Part shown: piece by piece, positions 42,656-52,412 of the stretch | How the letters are laid out: every line of letters starts with the position of its first letter | How positions within the stretch are numbered: the first letter of the stretch is position 1 | Origin: an uncultured Lachnospiraceae bacterium | Lineage (GTDB): Bacteria; Bacillota; Clostridia; Lachnospirales; Lachnospiraceae | NCBI GenBank assembly: GCA_910578175.1 | Contig: CAJTPF010000017.1 | Coordinates: 573-64,572, forward strand | Length of the DNA: 64,000 bases | Direction of reading: 5' to 3' | Translations under genes and position numbers: made by a program | Notes under the pieces: model-generated | Told to the model about the DNA's origin: nothing | Databases searched by the model: none | What the model saw: only the letters and a program-made list of their open reading frames with translations

Positions 42656-43552
42656 ATGTATTGTATTAAGTGTGGATTTAAAAATAAAGACGAAGCGATT
42701 TTTTGTGCAAATTGCGGTAACGTTATGACAAAAAAGCCATCCGATGCATTTGACCAGAAGATACCATCAGAAGAAAATATTGCGGATGAAAACCAGGAAT
42801 CCGGTATAGAGGCTATACAGCCTGCAGAACAGGTAATGGAAGAGGATTCTTCCGGAGTAAGTCTGGTAAAACCAGAAACCAGAGAAAATAATCAGGTATT
42901 TCGTTTCAGGAAGTTTTCAGTACCGAGATTTATATTCAGCCTGATCATTATACTGGCTACTTTTTGCTCCATTGCTTCGATTGCTTTTAATTATGCAAGC
43001 CTGACGCTGACAATGGAAATAGATACGTATGATTTTAGCGATAGCGAAACAGAGTATCATAATGCGAAAGGTTATAAAATCATTAAAGATAAAGATTATC
43101 TTAAAAGTACAAAGTTCATAAAATCTTTGGAAGAAATGGGAGGAGACACTGATAAGTTTGTAGATACCCGCAATACGTACAGATATATCATTATAGCGTT
43201 TATGGTTGCAATACTGGTATTCTGTATTATTGATTTTGTGCTGCTGTGTCTGGTAAGGAACAGGATAGCATATATATTTACAATGATATTTGTCTTTGTA
43301 AAAGCAGCGTTGGGAGGTATTGCCATCTACATCTGGTCTGTAGATCTGCTGGATCACTTTAAAAAGGCATATGAATTATCTCTGCTTGATGTAACTGATT
43401 TTGGCAGCTTCAGTATTCTGATAGAATGTGTGCCGGGCATTGGCCTGGTTTTGGCGATGGCGATGCAGGCAGTCATTTTGATAAGCGCTGTGGTATTATT
43501 ATGTATCAGACCAAAGTATCAGGATGTAGCACCACAAACCATCAGTGCATAA
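42656..43552 (+). CDS. Zinc-ribbon domain membrane protein (hypothetical)
   Basis: It has an N-terminal CxxC...CxxC zinc ribbon (YCIKCG...CANCG) and multiple TM helices. Confidence 0.5.
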   Translation: MYCIKCGFKNKDEAIFCANCGNVMTKKPSDAFDQKIPSEENIADENQESGIEAIQPAEQVMEEDSSGVSLVKPETRENNQVFRFRKFSVPRFIFSLIIILATFCSIASIAFNYASLTLTMEIDTYDFSDSETEYHNAKGYKIIKDKDYLKSTKFIKSLEEMGGDTDKFVDTRNTYRYIIIAFMVAILVFCIIDFVLLCLVRNRIAYIFTMIFVFVKAALGGIAIYIWSVDLLDHFKKAYELSLLDVTDFGSFSILIECVPGIGLVLAMAMQAVILISAVVLLCIRPKYQDVAPQTISA

Positions 43553-43774
43553 CTTTTATAGTAAAATATGGGATCGCTTTTATTCTGTGGGAACACGGAA
43601 TAAAGGCGATTTTTTAACTAAATCTCTTGCCTTGATTATTGAATTATGATATTATATTTAGTGTTTTATTGTTTATGATAGGATTGTGCTATTAGCGGAT
43701 ACAGACTATCAAACTTTGACAGACCGGAGCAGTTTGCAGCTTACAAGGATACTGTTCCAATATGGAGGATTCAT

Positions 43775-45418
43775 ATGAAATGCAGTAAATGTGGAGAAGA
43801 ATGCAGAGAAAACCAGGCATTTTGTTTAAGATGCGGAACGCCGATCCAGGTGGTGCCGGATTTTAACCTGATAGAAGCGGAACTGGCTAACAATGTCGGA
43901 AAATTAATGAAGGAAGAGAAACAGAAAGCCGGTTCGGAAAATAGAAGTCGGGATTTGGATTATCTGGAAGATGAGCAATATGTTACAAAAAATTATATTC
44001 CAAGAGAAAAAAGGATGTCGCAGACCGGAGGGACCAGAAGACTGGCAGAACCGTCTGTCACACAGACAGATTTTCTTGTGGATGGTACCGGTTTTTCCGA
44101 ACAGACCCCTAAATCTTCAAAAAATAGTAAACATCAGCCGAACAGACAGGAAGATATAAAGAGAGAGAAAAAGATATTTAAAATTAAACTGGCTATTTTC
44201 AGTATATTTGTAATCATAATATTAACGATTGCAGTCTTATTATTAAAAGGTGTCAGCGGAACCGGCAATAAAGAGTCCTTTGCTTCCAAATATAATCAGG
44301 GATATGATTACTATACTGCAAAAGCTTATAACGAGGCGCTGACTGAATTTTTAGCGGCAAAAAAGGTTACGGACAGTAAAGAGGATAAGATTAAAGTAAA
44401 TAAATCTTTGCTTGCCACTTATGAAAAACTGGGTAGCCGGGATTTGGATATGATCGAGATCTTAAAGGAATTAATCGGACTTGAACCGAAAGAAGCAGAA
44501 TATTATGATGAACTGGCACAGTTATACGATAAAAATGAAATGATCGATGAGCTGGATGCTTTTCTAAACTCCGTTACGGATGTTTCGATTTCATCTAAAT
44601 TAAGTGAGTACAGTGTTTCTGCCCCGCAGTTTAGTCAGAAAGAAGGAGTATATGATACATATATTTCCATAAAGCTTTCTTCCACAGGAAGGAGTACGAT
44701 TTATTATACTATTGACGGTTCAGAACCGACTGCGTCCAGTACACAGTATACGGAAGAGATAAAGCTCAATTCACAGGGAACCTATACGATCAAAGCATTA
44801 GCAGTGAATGAAAAAGGTATATCCAGTAAGGTTGTAACAAAAAATTATGAAATAAAGCCAAGTATAATTGAAGCTCCGGCAGTTACTCCGTCCAGCGGGG
44901 AATACACTACGGCTGCCAATATTACTGTGAACGTGCCTGAGGGAATGAAGTGTTATTACACCTATGGGGAAACCTCAGCCATTCCTACGGCTGCAGATAA
45001 AATATATACGGAGCCGGTTCCGATGCTTCGGGGAAAATATATTTTTTCAGCGGTTTTGATAGATGCAGACGGCAAGACCAGTGAAGTTACCCAGAACGTA
45101 TATCAGCTTACCATTCCTCGGAATGTTGAGTACAGTTCGGCACTGACCCTGCTGGAAAGTTATCTGATTCAGAATCAGATAGCGGTAAAAGCAGAAGACG
45201 GAACACTGATGAAAAGCAATCAGGCGAAGATAAAGTTTAGTTATAACAGTATTAAAAATATAAATAATAATGAATACTATGTCATAAATTTAGAAGAGCT
45301 GAATGATTCCCAGCAGGTGGTATCAACGGAACATTTTGGTGTGGACACTGTTACCGGCAGTGTGGCAAAGCTTATTGCGGATACGGAGCATGCCGGATTA
45401 TATAAAATAACAGAATAA
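43775..45418 (+). CDS. Zinc-ribbon / TM / TPR-like protein with two chitobiase/beta-hexosaminidase C-terminal-like (Fn3-like) domains
   Basis: It has an N-terminal zinc ribbon (CSKCG...CLRCG), one TM helix and CHB_HEX_C-like repeats (YYTIDGSEPT). Confidence 0.5.
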   Translation: MKCSKCGEECRENQAFCLRCGTPIQVVPDFNLIEAELANNVGKLMKEEKQKAGSENRSRDLDYLEDEQYVTKNYIPREKRMSQTGGTRRLAEPSVTQTDFLVDGTGFSEQTPKSSKNSKHQPNRQEDIKREKKIFKIKLAIFSIFVIIILTIAVLLLKGVSGTGNKESFASKYNQGYDYYTAKAYNEALTEFLAAKKVTDSKEDKIKVNKSLLATYEKLGSRDLDMIEILKELIGLEPKEAEYYDELAQLYDKNEMIDELDAFLNSVTDVSISSKLSEYSVSAPQFSQKEGVYDTYISIKLSSTGRSTIYYTIDGSEPTASSTQYTEEIKLNSQGTYTIKALAVNEKGISSKVVTKNYEIKPSIIEAPAVTPSSGEYTTAANITVNVPEGMKCYYTYGETSAIPTAADKIYTEPVPMLRGKYIFSAVLIDADGKTSEVTQNVYQLTIPRNVEYSSALTLLESYLIQNQIAVKAEDGTLMKSNQAKIKFSYNSIKNINNNEYYVINLEELNDSQQVVSTEHFGVDTVTGSVAKLIADTEHAGLYKITE

Positions 45419-45437
45419 GAGAGAAAGTGAGAAAAAT

Positions 45438-46325
45438 ATGTACAAGATAGTAAAAGCAAAAGAATTATCGACAAACATCTACTTAATGGATGTAGAAGCA
45501 CCTAGAATTGCTAAATCCTGTCAGCCGGGCCAGTTTATTATTGCGAAATTGGATGAAAAAGGAGAGAGGATTCCGTTGACAATCTGCGACTACGACAGGG
45601 AGCAGGGACTTATCACCATTGTTTTCCAGGTGATCGGCGCCTCTACGGAAAAGATGGCAAAGCTTCGGGAAGGCGACTCGTTCCGGGATTTTACCGGTCC
45701 TCTGGGTCAGCCGTCTGAATTTGTAAATGAAGATCCGGAAGAATTAAAGAAGAGAAAATATCTTTTTGTGGCCGGCGGCGTTGGAACCGCACCGGTGTAT
45801 CCGCAGGTGAAGTGGCTGCATGAGCATGGCATTGAGGCGGATGTCATTGTGGGAGCAAAAACAAAAGACATTCTGATCCTGGAAGAAGAAATGAAGGAAG
45901 TGGGCAATCTGATCGTTGCCACAGATGACGGTTCATACGGATTTAAGGGTATGGTGACCGGTGCGATTGAAGACCTTGTAAATAATCAGGGTAAGAAGTA
46001 TGATGTCTGCGTGGCTATCGGACCGATGATCATGATGAAGTTCGTCTGCCTTTTAACTAAAAAATTAGAGATTCCTACTATCGTATCGCTGAATCCGGTC
46101 ATGGTAGACGGTACCGGTATGTGCGGTGCCTGCCGTGTACAGGTTGGAGATGAAGTGAAGTTTGCATGTGTGGACGGTCCTGAATTTGACGGACATAAGG
46201 TAGATTTTGACCAGGCTATGAAGAGACAGCAGATGTATAAAACTGAAGAAGGCAGAGCGTTATTAAAACTCCGTGAAGGTGATACTCACCAGGGTGGCGG
46301 ATGTGGCTGTGGAGGTGACAAGTAA
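45438..46325 (+). CDS. nfnA: NADH-dependent reduced ferredoxin:NADP+ oxidoreductase subunit A (FAD/[2Fe-2S], sulfide dehydrogenase SudB-like)
   Basis: The ferredoxin-NADP reductase-like fold, a C-terminal Cys cluster and pairing with the GltD-like subunit support the call. Confidence 0.7.
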   Translation: MYKIVKAKELSTNIYLMDVEAPRIAKSCQPGQFIIAKLDEKGERIPLTICDYDREQGLITIVFQVIGASTEKMAKLREGDSFRDFTGPLGQPSEFVNEDPEELKKRKYLFVAGGVGTAPVYPQVKWLHEHGIEADVIVGAKTKDILILEEEMKEVGNLIVATDDGSYGFKGMVTGAIEDLVNNQGKKYDVCVAIGPMIMMKFVCLLTKKLEIPTIVSLNPVMVDGTGMCGACRVQVGDEVKFACVDGPEFDGHKVDFDQAMKRQQMYKTEEGRALLKLREGDTHQGGGCGCGGDK

Positions 46326-47707
46326 TGGATGTATTAAAGAAAGTACCTGTAAGAGAACAGGAGCCGAAAGTCAGGGCAACAAATTTTGAAGAAGTATGTC
46401 TGGGATATAACATGGAAGAGGCACAGGAAGAAGCCAGCAGATGTTTAAAGTGCAAGAATCCCCAGTGTCAGAAGGGATGTCCGGTTTCTATTGATATTCC
46501 GGCATTTATAAAAGAAGTCGAAGAAGGAAATATAGAAGAAGCGGCAAAGGTAATCGGAAAATCGTCTGCACTTCCGGCAGTATGCGGACGTGTGTGTCCT
46601 CAGGAAAGCCAGTGCGAAGGAAAATGTATCCGGGGGATCAAGGGTGAACCAATCTCCATCGGAAAGCTGGAACGTTTCGTGGCAGACTGGTCCAGAGAAA
46701 ATGGCATTGAACCGGAAAAAGCAGAAGGAACAAACGGAAAGAAAGTAGCAGTTATCGGTTCCGGTCCTTCCGGTCTGACCTGTGCGGGAGACCTGGCAAA
46801 GCTTGGATATGAAGTTACGATTTTTGAAGCGCTGCATGAGCCGGGCGGTGTATTGGTTTATGGTATTCCGGAATTTCGTCTGCCGAAAGATACGGTTGTA
46901 AAACATGAAATTGAAAATGTGAAAAAATTAGGCGTTAAGATTGAAACTAACGTTGTCATCGGACAGTCAACCAAGATTGATGAGCTTCTGAATGAAGAAG
47001 GTTTCGATGCGGTATTTATCGGTTCCGGCGCAGGACTTCCGAGATTTATGGGTATTCCGGGAGAAAGTGCAAACGGTGTATTCTCCGCTAATGAATACCT
47101 GACGAGAAGTAATCTGATGAAAGCGTTTAATGAGGATTATGATACTCCTCTTGTAGCAGGTAAGAAAGTTGCTGTTGTGGGCGGCGGTAATGTTGCAATG
47201 GATGCGGCAAGAACTGCATTAAGACTTGGTGCGGAAGTACATATTGTGTACAGAAGAAGCGAGGAAGAGCTTCCTGCCAGAGTGGAAGAAGTTCATCATG
47301 CAAAAGAAGAAGGCGTAATTTTTGATCTGCTCACCAATCCGGTTGAAATCTTTGAAGATGAAAAAGGCTGGGTAAAAGGAATGAAGTGTATCCGTATGGA
47401 ACTTGGCCAGCCGGATGCTTCCGGCAGAAGAAGTCCGGTTGAAGTTCCGGGTTCTGAGTTTGAACTGGATGTAGATACTGTCATCATGTCATTGGGTACT
47501 TCACCAAATCCGCTGATATCGTCTACGACGATCGGTCTGGATACGGACAGAAGAAAATGTATTATAGCCGATGAATCCGGCAAGACCACCAAAGAAGGTG
47601 TTTATGCCGGAGGAGATGCCGTTACGGGTGCGGCTACCGTTATTCTGGCAATGGAGGCCGGAAAAGCAGGTGCGAAAGGAATCCATGAGTTTCTTTCCAA
47701 TCAGTAA
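46325..47707 (+). CDS. nfnB: NfnB / glutamate synthase small-subunit-like protein (2x[4Fe-4S], FAD, NADPH)
   Basis: It has N-terminal ferredoxin Cys motifs and two dinucleotide folds (VAVIGSGPSG, VAVVGGGNVAMD). Confidence 0.8.
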   Translation: MDVLKKVPVREQEPKVRATNFEEVCLGYNMEEAQEEASRCLKCKNPQCQKGCPVSIDIPAFIKEVEEGNIEEAAKVIGKSSALPAVCGRVCPQESQCEGKCIRGIKGEPISIGKLERFVADWSRENGIEPEKAEGTNGKKVAVIGSGPSGLTCAGDLAKLGYEVTIFEALHEPGGVLVYGIPEFRLPKDTVVKHEIENVKKLGVKIETNVVIGQSTKIDELLNEEGFDAVFIGSGAGLPRFMGIPGESANGVFSANEYLTRSNLMKAFNEDYDTPLVAGKKVAVVGGGNVAMDAARTALRLGAEVHIVYRRSEEELPARVEEVHHAKEEGVIFDLLTNPVEIFEDEKGWVKGMKCIRMELGQPDASGRRSPVEVPGSEFELDVDTVIMSLGTSPNPLISSTTIGLDTDRRKCIIADESGKTTKEGVYAGGDAVTGAATVILAMEAGKAGAKGIHEFLSNQ

Positions 47708-47741
47708 AAAATAACAAAACAGTTTTGGAAACGAGAAGTTT

Positions 47742-47785
47742 AAGGGAGACGCTCCGTATGGAAGCGGTCTCCCTTCGATTTTAAA
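47742..47785 (+). terminator. Intrinsic terminator after nfnB
   Basis: The stem aagggagacgc/gcggtctccctt (one bulge) is followed by a T-rich tract. Confidence 0.55.
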
Positions 47786-47808
47786 TTTTTTGGAAGGATG
47801 GGAGAACC

Positions 47809-48801
47809 ATGAAGATCGTATTACCGGATATAAAAACCCTTACGGACGGGGATCTGGATTTATCCGTACTGGAGCAGTTTGGAGAAGTGATCGCTTATCC
47901 GCTGACGAAATATGAAGAGATAGCCGGACGGATAGCTGATGCCGATGCGGTATTATGTAATAAAACGCTGATGAATGCAGAGACGTTAAAAGATGCCGGA
48001 AAGCTGAAATATATCGGATTGTTTGCAACAGGATATAATAATGTTGATCTGGACTATACAAATGCCCATAATATCACTGTATCAAATGCTGGCAGTTATT
48101 CCACCGAGGCAGTGGCACAGCATACCTTTGCCCTGTTATTAAATTACTATGGGAGAATCCGGGAATATGCAGAATATACGGCTTCCGGCGGCTGGAAACG
48201 GAGTGATATCTTTTGTTCCTTTGCGTATCCAATGCAGGAAATGGCAGGAAAGACTCTGGGGATCATCGGGTTTGGCAGCATCGGTCAGAGAGTGGCGGAG
48301 ATTGCATTGGCTTTTCGGATGAAAGTGCTGGTCACTTCCGGAACCCGGACCAAAGCAGAGAAAATATGCAGGGAATCATTTATAAGGCCGTATGGGGAAG
48401 GTATGATCGGGGTGACGGATTTGGAGACACTGGTTTCGGAATCCGATGTGGTGACGGTCCATTGTCCTCTCAACGACCGGTCGGAACGAATGATTGACCG
48501 GAGTTTACTGGAAAAATTTAAATCTTCGGCATATCTGATCAATACTTCCAGAGGTGGTATCATAGATGAAGAAGCATTGTATCATGCTTTGGAGGAGGGA
48601 AGGATTGCCGGTGCAGCGCTGGATGTAATGCAGACGGAGCCTATGCCGGATAATTGCAGACTGTCCGGAGTGAGAAATCTGGTGATCACTCCTCATGTAG
48701 CCTGGGCGCCGCTGGAGACCAGACAGAGACTTCTGGATATTGCAGTGGAAAATCTGGACGGTTACCGGAAGGGGACGCCCAGACATGTGATTCAAAAATA
48801 A
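47809..48801 (+). CDS. D-isomer-specific 2-hydroxyacid dehydrogenase (glycerate dehydrogenase / hydroxypyruvate reductase-like)
   Basis: The NAD motif GIIGFGSIGQ and the catalytic R/E/H triad region (PHVAW) are present. Confidence 0.8.
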   Translation: MKIVLPDIKTLTDGDLDLSVLEQFGEVIAYPLTKYEEIAGRIADADAVLCNKTLMNAETLKDAGKLKYIGLFATGYNNVDLDYTNAHNITVSNAGSYSTEAVAQHTFALLLNYYGRIREYAEYTASGGWKRSDIFCSFAYPMQEMAGKTLGIIGFGSIGQRVAEIALAFRMKVLVTSGTRTKAEKICRESFIRPYGEGMIGVTDLETLVSESDVVTVHCPLNDRSERMIDRSLLEKFKSSAYLINTSRGGIIDEEALYHALEEGRIAGAALDVMQTEPMPDNCRLSGVRNLVITPHVAWAPLETRQRLLDIAVENLDGYRKGTPRHVIQK

Positions 48802-48839
48802 GAATGAAAATGTGCTGAGACGGGAAAGGGAGCGATAAT

Positions 48840-50156
48840 ATGAAACAGATTAAGAAAGACGAAAGAACGGACAGCCAGAAGTTTCCGAATGGAATGATAC
48901 GTATGGCAGTTTTACTGCTGATGTCATTTCTGATGCTGACAGGATGCGGAAAATCGGACCGTGTTCCGGCCGGGAATGATTTGGTCACTATGTACACTCC
49001 TTCTGAGATGAGTGAAACATTGCCAACCGTTCCGGAACCGTCACAGGAGGAACCGGCAGGCACAGAGCAGTCTGATCTATCAGAACCGGCAGGAACACAA
49101 GTGACCGCCCCGGACAATACGGTGAGAATTCTGATGGCTGGTGATATTTTACTGCACGAGAGGGTCAGTGACAGCGGGGCAATGCCGGATGGAACATATA
49201 ATTATGACCATTTATTTGCAAATCTGAAACAGGAAATATCATCTGCAGATCTGGCACTGGTGAATCAGGAGGTAATCCTTGGCGGAAGAGAAATCGGATT
49301 ATCCGGCTATCCTTCTTTTAACGGAGCCTATGAAGTAGGAGATGCCCTGGCTGAGGCAGGATTTGATGTGGTTCTCCATGCCACCAATCATGCACTGGAC
49401 CGGGGAAAGAAAGGGCTTTTAAATTGTATTTCATACTGGAAGACAAATCACCCGGAAATGGGAGTACTGGGAATCCAGGAATCGGAAGAAGAGCAGGAAT
49501 CCATCTATGTAAAGGAAGTTAACGGTATCCGAATCGCGATCTTAAATTATACCTACGGCACTAACGGGATTCCTCTTCCTTCCGATATGCCTTTTGCAGT
49601 AAATCTTCTGAATAAAACCCAGGTGGCGGCCGATGTGATAAAAGCAAGATCAGTTGCTGAATTTATTATCGTATGTCCGCATTGGGGAACAGAATATATA
49701 TACGGAATCAGCGATTATCAGCGGGAGTGGGCAGAATATTTTGCCTCTCTGGGCGTCAATCTGGTTCTGGGAACACATCCCCATGTCATTGAACCGGTGG
49801 AATGGGTCGGAGGAGAAAACGGTAACGGGGGGACGCTGGTATATTATTCCATTGGAAATTTTATAAATGCCACAAATGAAAACGGCAGCGGTGTAGGCGG
49901 CCGGATGCTGGGAGCTTTGGCTGAAGTCACGATCCGGAGAAATTCCGACGGTTCGGTGAGCATAGCGGATTATGGCGTTTTACCCACGGTAACCCATATA
50001 AAGACCGGTGCAGGACAGATTACCACATATAAGCTTCAGGATTATACGGAAACACTGGCAGGAGAGAACGAAATCCTCAAACAGGATGCCGGGTTCTCCT
50101 ACCAGTACTGTGTTAAATTGTGCAGGGAGGTTTTTGGGGAATTGTATATGAAGTAA
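48840..50156 (+). CDS. CapA-family lipoprotein (PGA_cap metallophosphatase fold)
   Basis: It has a lipobox (LTGCGKS) and CapA-like motifs (ILMAGDILLH, HWGTEY). Confidence 0.7.
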   Translation: MKQIKKDERTDSQKFPNGMIRMAVLLLMSFLMLTGCGKSDRVPAGNDLVTMYTPSEMSETLPTVPEPSQEEPAGTEQSDLSEPAGTQVTAPDNTVRILMAGDILLHERVSDSGAMPDGTYNYDHLFANLKQEISSADLALVNQEVILGGREIGLSGYPSFNGAYEVGDALAEAGFDVVLHATNHALDRGKKGLLNCISYWKTNHPEMGVLGIQESEEEQESIYVKEVNGIRIAILNYTYGTNGIPLPSDMPFAVNLLNKTQVAADVIKARSVAEFIIVCPHWGTEYIYGISDYQREWAEYFASLGVNLVLGTHPHVIEPVEWVGGENGNGGTLVYYSIGNFINATNENGSGVGGRMLGALAEVTIRRNSDGSVSIADYGVLPTVTHIKTGAGQITTYKLQDYTETLAGENEILKQDAGFSYQYCVKLCREVFGELYMK

Positions 50157-50194
50157 AAGCATTGTCCCCCGTCTATGGGAAGGGTTCTGGGTTT

Positions 50195-50965
50195 TTAGGT
50201 TATATTATTTATGATTGACAAAAATATCCGGTTTAATTCTTCATAGCCGCAAGGAGTTTCCTGTTTCAGAAAAGGAAGGGAATCAGGAAGTTCCTTTAGG
50301 TTTCTGTCAATATATCTGTTTAAATCTTCGATTTGCGGGCATAGTTCAGTTTCTGGCGAATGCATTTTTAAATCCAGCAGTTTATGAATGACCGGTTGCA
50401 GTTCCGGTTCCAGTTCCGCCTCTGCCAGAGTTTGGAAAAATACCGGCGGAGGTGAATTTTTATCCAGAATCCACTTACAGGCCAGAAGGGGACGGATGAC
50501 ATAGAAATATTTTTTTAGTCGTACCATATCACCCTTCCGGCAGCTTTTGTAGTTATTGATGGCAATATTCAGATAGTGATGGAATCCGGCTTTTGGAGAA
50601 AAATACTGACTGAGCAGTGATTTTAACCGGTTCCATTCCTCTGTATACCGATAGATAATGGGAGAATCTGCCCATTCGAATAATGTGGGATTGGAGCCTT
50701 TTAACAGCCGTAGCGCTTTTTGCAGGTCCCAACCGTTGATATCCAGCGTATCATCTAACTGCCATTCGATGACATCTCTGGTTTTTTCTAATTTCAGATA
50801 AAAATCCGGACGTCGTACATAAATAAATCTTACGTCGTAATCGCTGTCCGGGGAAGCGAATCCCCAGGCACGGCTGCCGGATTCCAGGGCATAAATGATT
50901 TTTACCTGTTCCTGTTTTTCGATTTCTGAAATTTTTTTCTGAATGATCGGATCCAATAAGAACAC
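50195..50965 (-). CDS. Pol-beta-superfamily nucleotidyltransferase, RlaP-like (RNA-repair-associated NTase)
   Basis: The minimal NTase motif GSRAWGFASPDSDYDV is present. It lies immediately downstream of rtcB on the same strand. Confidence 0.6.
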   Translation of the reverse strand: MFLLDPIIQKKISEIEKQEQVKIIYALESGSRAWGFASPDSDYDVRFIYVRRPDFYLKLEKTRDVIEWQLDDTLDINGWDLQKALRLLKGSNPTLFEWADSPIIYRYTEEWNRLKSLLSQYFSPKAGFHHYLNIAINNYKSCRKGDMVRLKKYFYVIRPLLACKWILDKNSPPPVFFQTLAEAELEPELQPVIHKLLDLKMHSPETELCPQIEDLNRYIDRNLKELPDSLPFLKQETPCGYEELNRIFLSIINNIT

Positions 50966-50991
50966 CTTCTTTCTAATGATTAGTTGTAGAT

Positions 50992-52215
50992 TCAGGAGCC
51001 TGCTTTAAAATTGTAAACAGGTTTGATCATTTTGATGATATCAGCAGTAGGAGTGATATTATTTACTATGTCTTCCGCATTTTTATATGCCATCGGACAT
51101 TCATCCAAGGTGGAAGGGTGAATGGAAGTGGTATAAATGCCTTCCATTTCTTTTTCAAACTCTTCTAACGTGAATTTTTCTTTTGCTGCAGAGCGGCTGT
51201 ACAGGCGTCCGGCTCCATGAGGAGCGGAGCAGTTCCAGTCTTTATTTCCTTTGCCGATACAGATCAGACTTCCGTCCCGCATGTTAATGGGGATTAAAAG
51301 TTTTTCTCCTTTTTTAGCGGAAACAGCTCCCTTTCGGACGATATTGCTGTCATGATCGATATAGTTATGAACGGTTTCAAAGGATGGGAAGTCTGACAGT
51401 TCTTTATTCAAAAGTTCTTTTAGAATGATATCGGCAATCGTTAGCCGGTTTAAGTTTGCAAAATGCTGGCATATTTTCATGTCTGCCAGATAATCATCTC
51501 TGTATGTTCCGGTGAGATAACATAAATCCTTTGGCACATGAATATCTTTTGCTTCAAACCGGGATTTTAATTCCCTGATCGCCGTCTGTATATCGTTTTT
51601 TCTTCCTGCCGCCTTATATTCTGCTATGATACGGTCCCGTTCCTGAAAAAGAGTATCCTTCCCGCAGAGAATCTCATATGCCATATTCTGATGGTATTCC
51701 GCAACCTGTTTTCCAAGGTTCCGGCTTCCGGTATGAATCACCAGATACTGGTTTCCATCCCCGTCCCGGTCAACTTCTATAAAATGGTTGCCGCCGCCCA
51801 GGGTTCCGATGCTGCGCTGAATACGTTTGGTATCTTTTAAAGCCCGGTAGCAGGTTAAAGCCTGTAATTCAGGGAATCGTACGATTCTTCCGGGATGGAC
51901 CTGTTTTCCGGCGGGTACATAGGCGCGGATGATGGTGTCCAGCCTTTTCAGATCAATGGTTTCTTTTCCAAGCTCTACCGTCAGCATACCGCATCCGATA
52001 TCCACGCCCACAATGTTGGGAATCACCATATCCCCAAGATTGGCAGTAAATCCGATCACGCAGCCGTTTCCGGTATGAACATCCGGCATGATACGGATCT
52101 GACAGCCTTTTACAAAGGGCTGGCTGCATAACTGTTCAATTTGGGAAATGGCGCTGTTTTCGATTATATTTGTAAAAACGGTTGCGGATGCATAAGTTCC
52201 GTTGATAATATTCAT
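50992..52215 (-). CDS. rtcB: RNA 3'-phosphate/2',3'-cyclic phosphate-5'-OH ligase RtcB
   Basis: The metal/GMP-binding motifs DVHTGNGCVIG, HNYID and APHGAGR are present. RBS aaaggagga precedes the start. Confidence 0.85.
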   Translation of the reverse strand: MNIINGTYASATVFTNIIENSAISQIEQLCSQPFVKGCQIRIMPDVHTGNGCVIGFTANLGDMVIPNIVGVDIGCGMLTVELGKETIDLKRLDTIIRAYVPAGKQVHPGRIVRFPELQALTCYRALKDTKRIQRSIGTLGGGNHFIEVDRDGDGNQYLVIHTGSRNLGKQVAEYHQNMAYEILCGKDTLFQERDRIIAEYKAAGRKNDIQTAIRELKSRFEAKDIHVPKDLCYLTGTYRDDYLADMKICQHFANLNRLTIADIILKELLNKELSDFPSFETVHNYIDHDSNIVRKGAVSAKKGEKLLIPINMRDGSLICIGKGNKDWNCSAPHGAGRLYSRSAAKEKFTLEEFEKEMEGIYTTSIHPSTLDECPMAYKNAEDIVNNITPTADIIKMIKPVYNFKAGS

Positions 52216-52412
52216 GGTGTTGTCCTCCTTTATATGGTTTGAAAAAATATTTTTTGGCGGCTGTGCATCGGCAGCAAAAAACTTTTTTTTGTATTAACTT
52301 TAAAATTAATATAAGAAGTTTAAATTTGTTGCGGTTAAACATCATATCAGCCGGGAAACAGCCGCCGGACCCCGTTCCCCCGCTCCGGCGGCGTCCTCTT
52401 TGTCGATATGAG

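Noticed and set aside
52216-52340. Sigma-54 (-24/-12) promoter upstream of rtcB, as in E. coli RtcR-dependent rtcBA
   Set aside because: No GG-N10-GC element with correct spacing was seen in the AT-rich spacer. The regulator here is WYL-type rather than a sigma-54 enhancer-binding protein.
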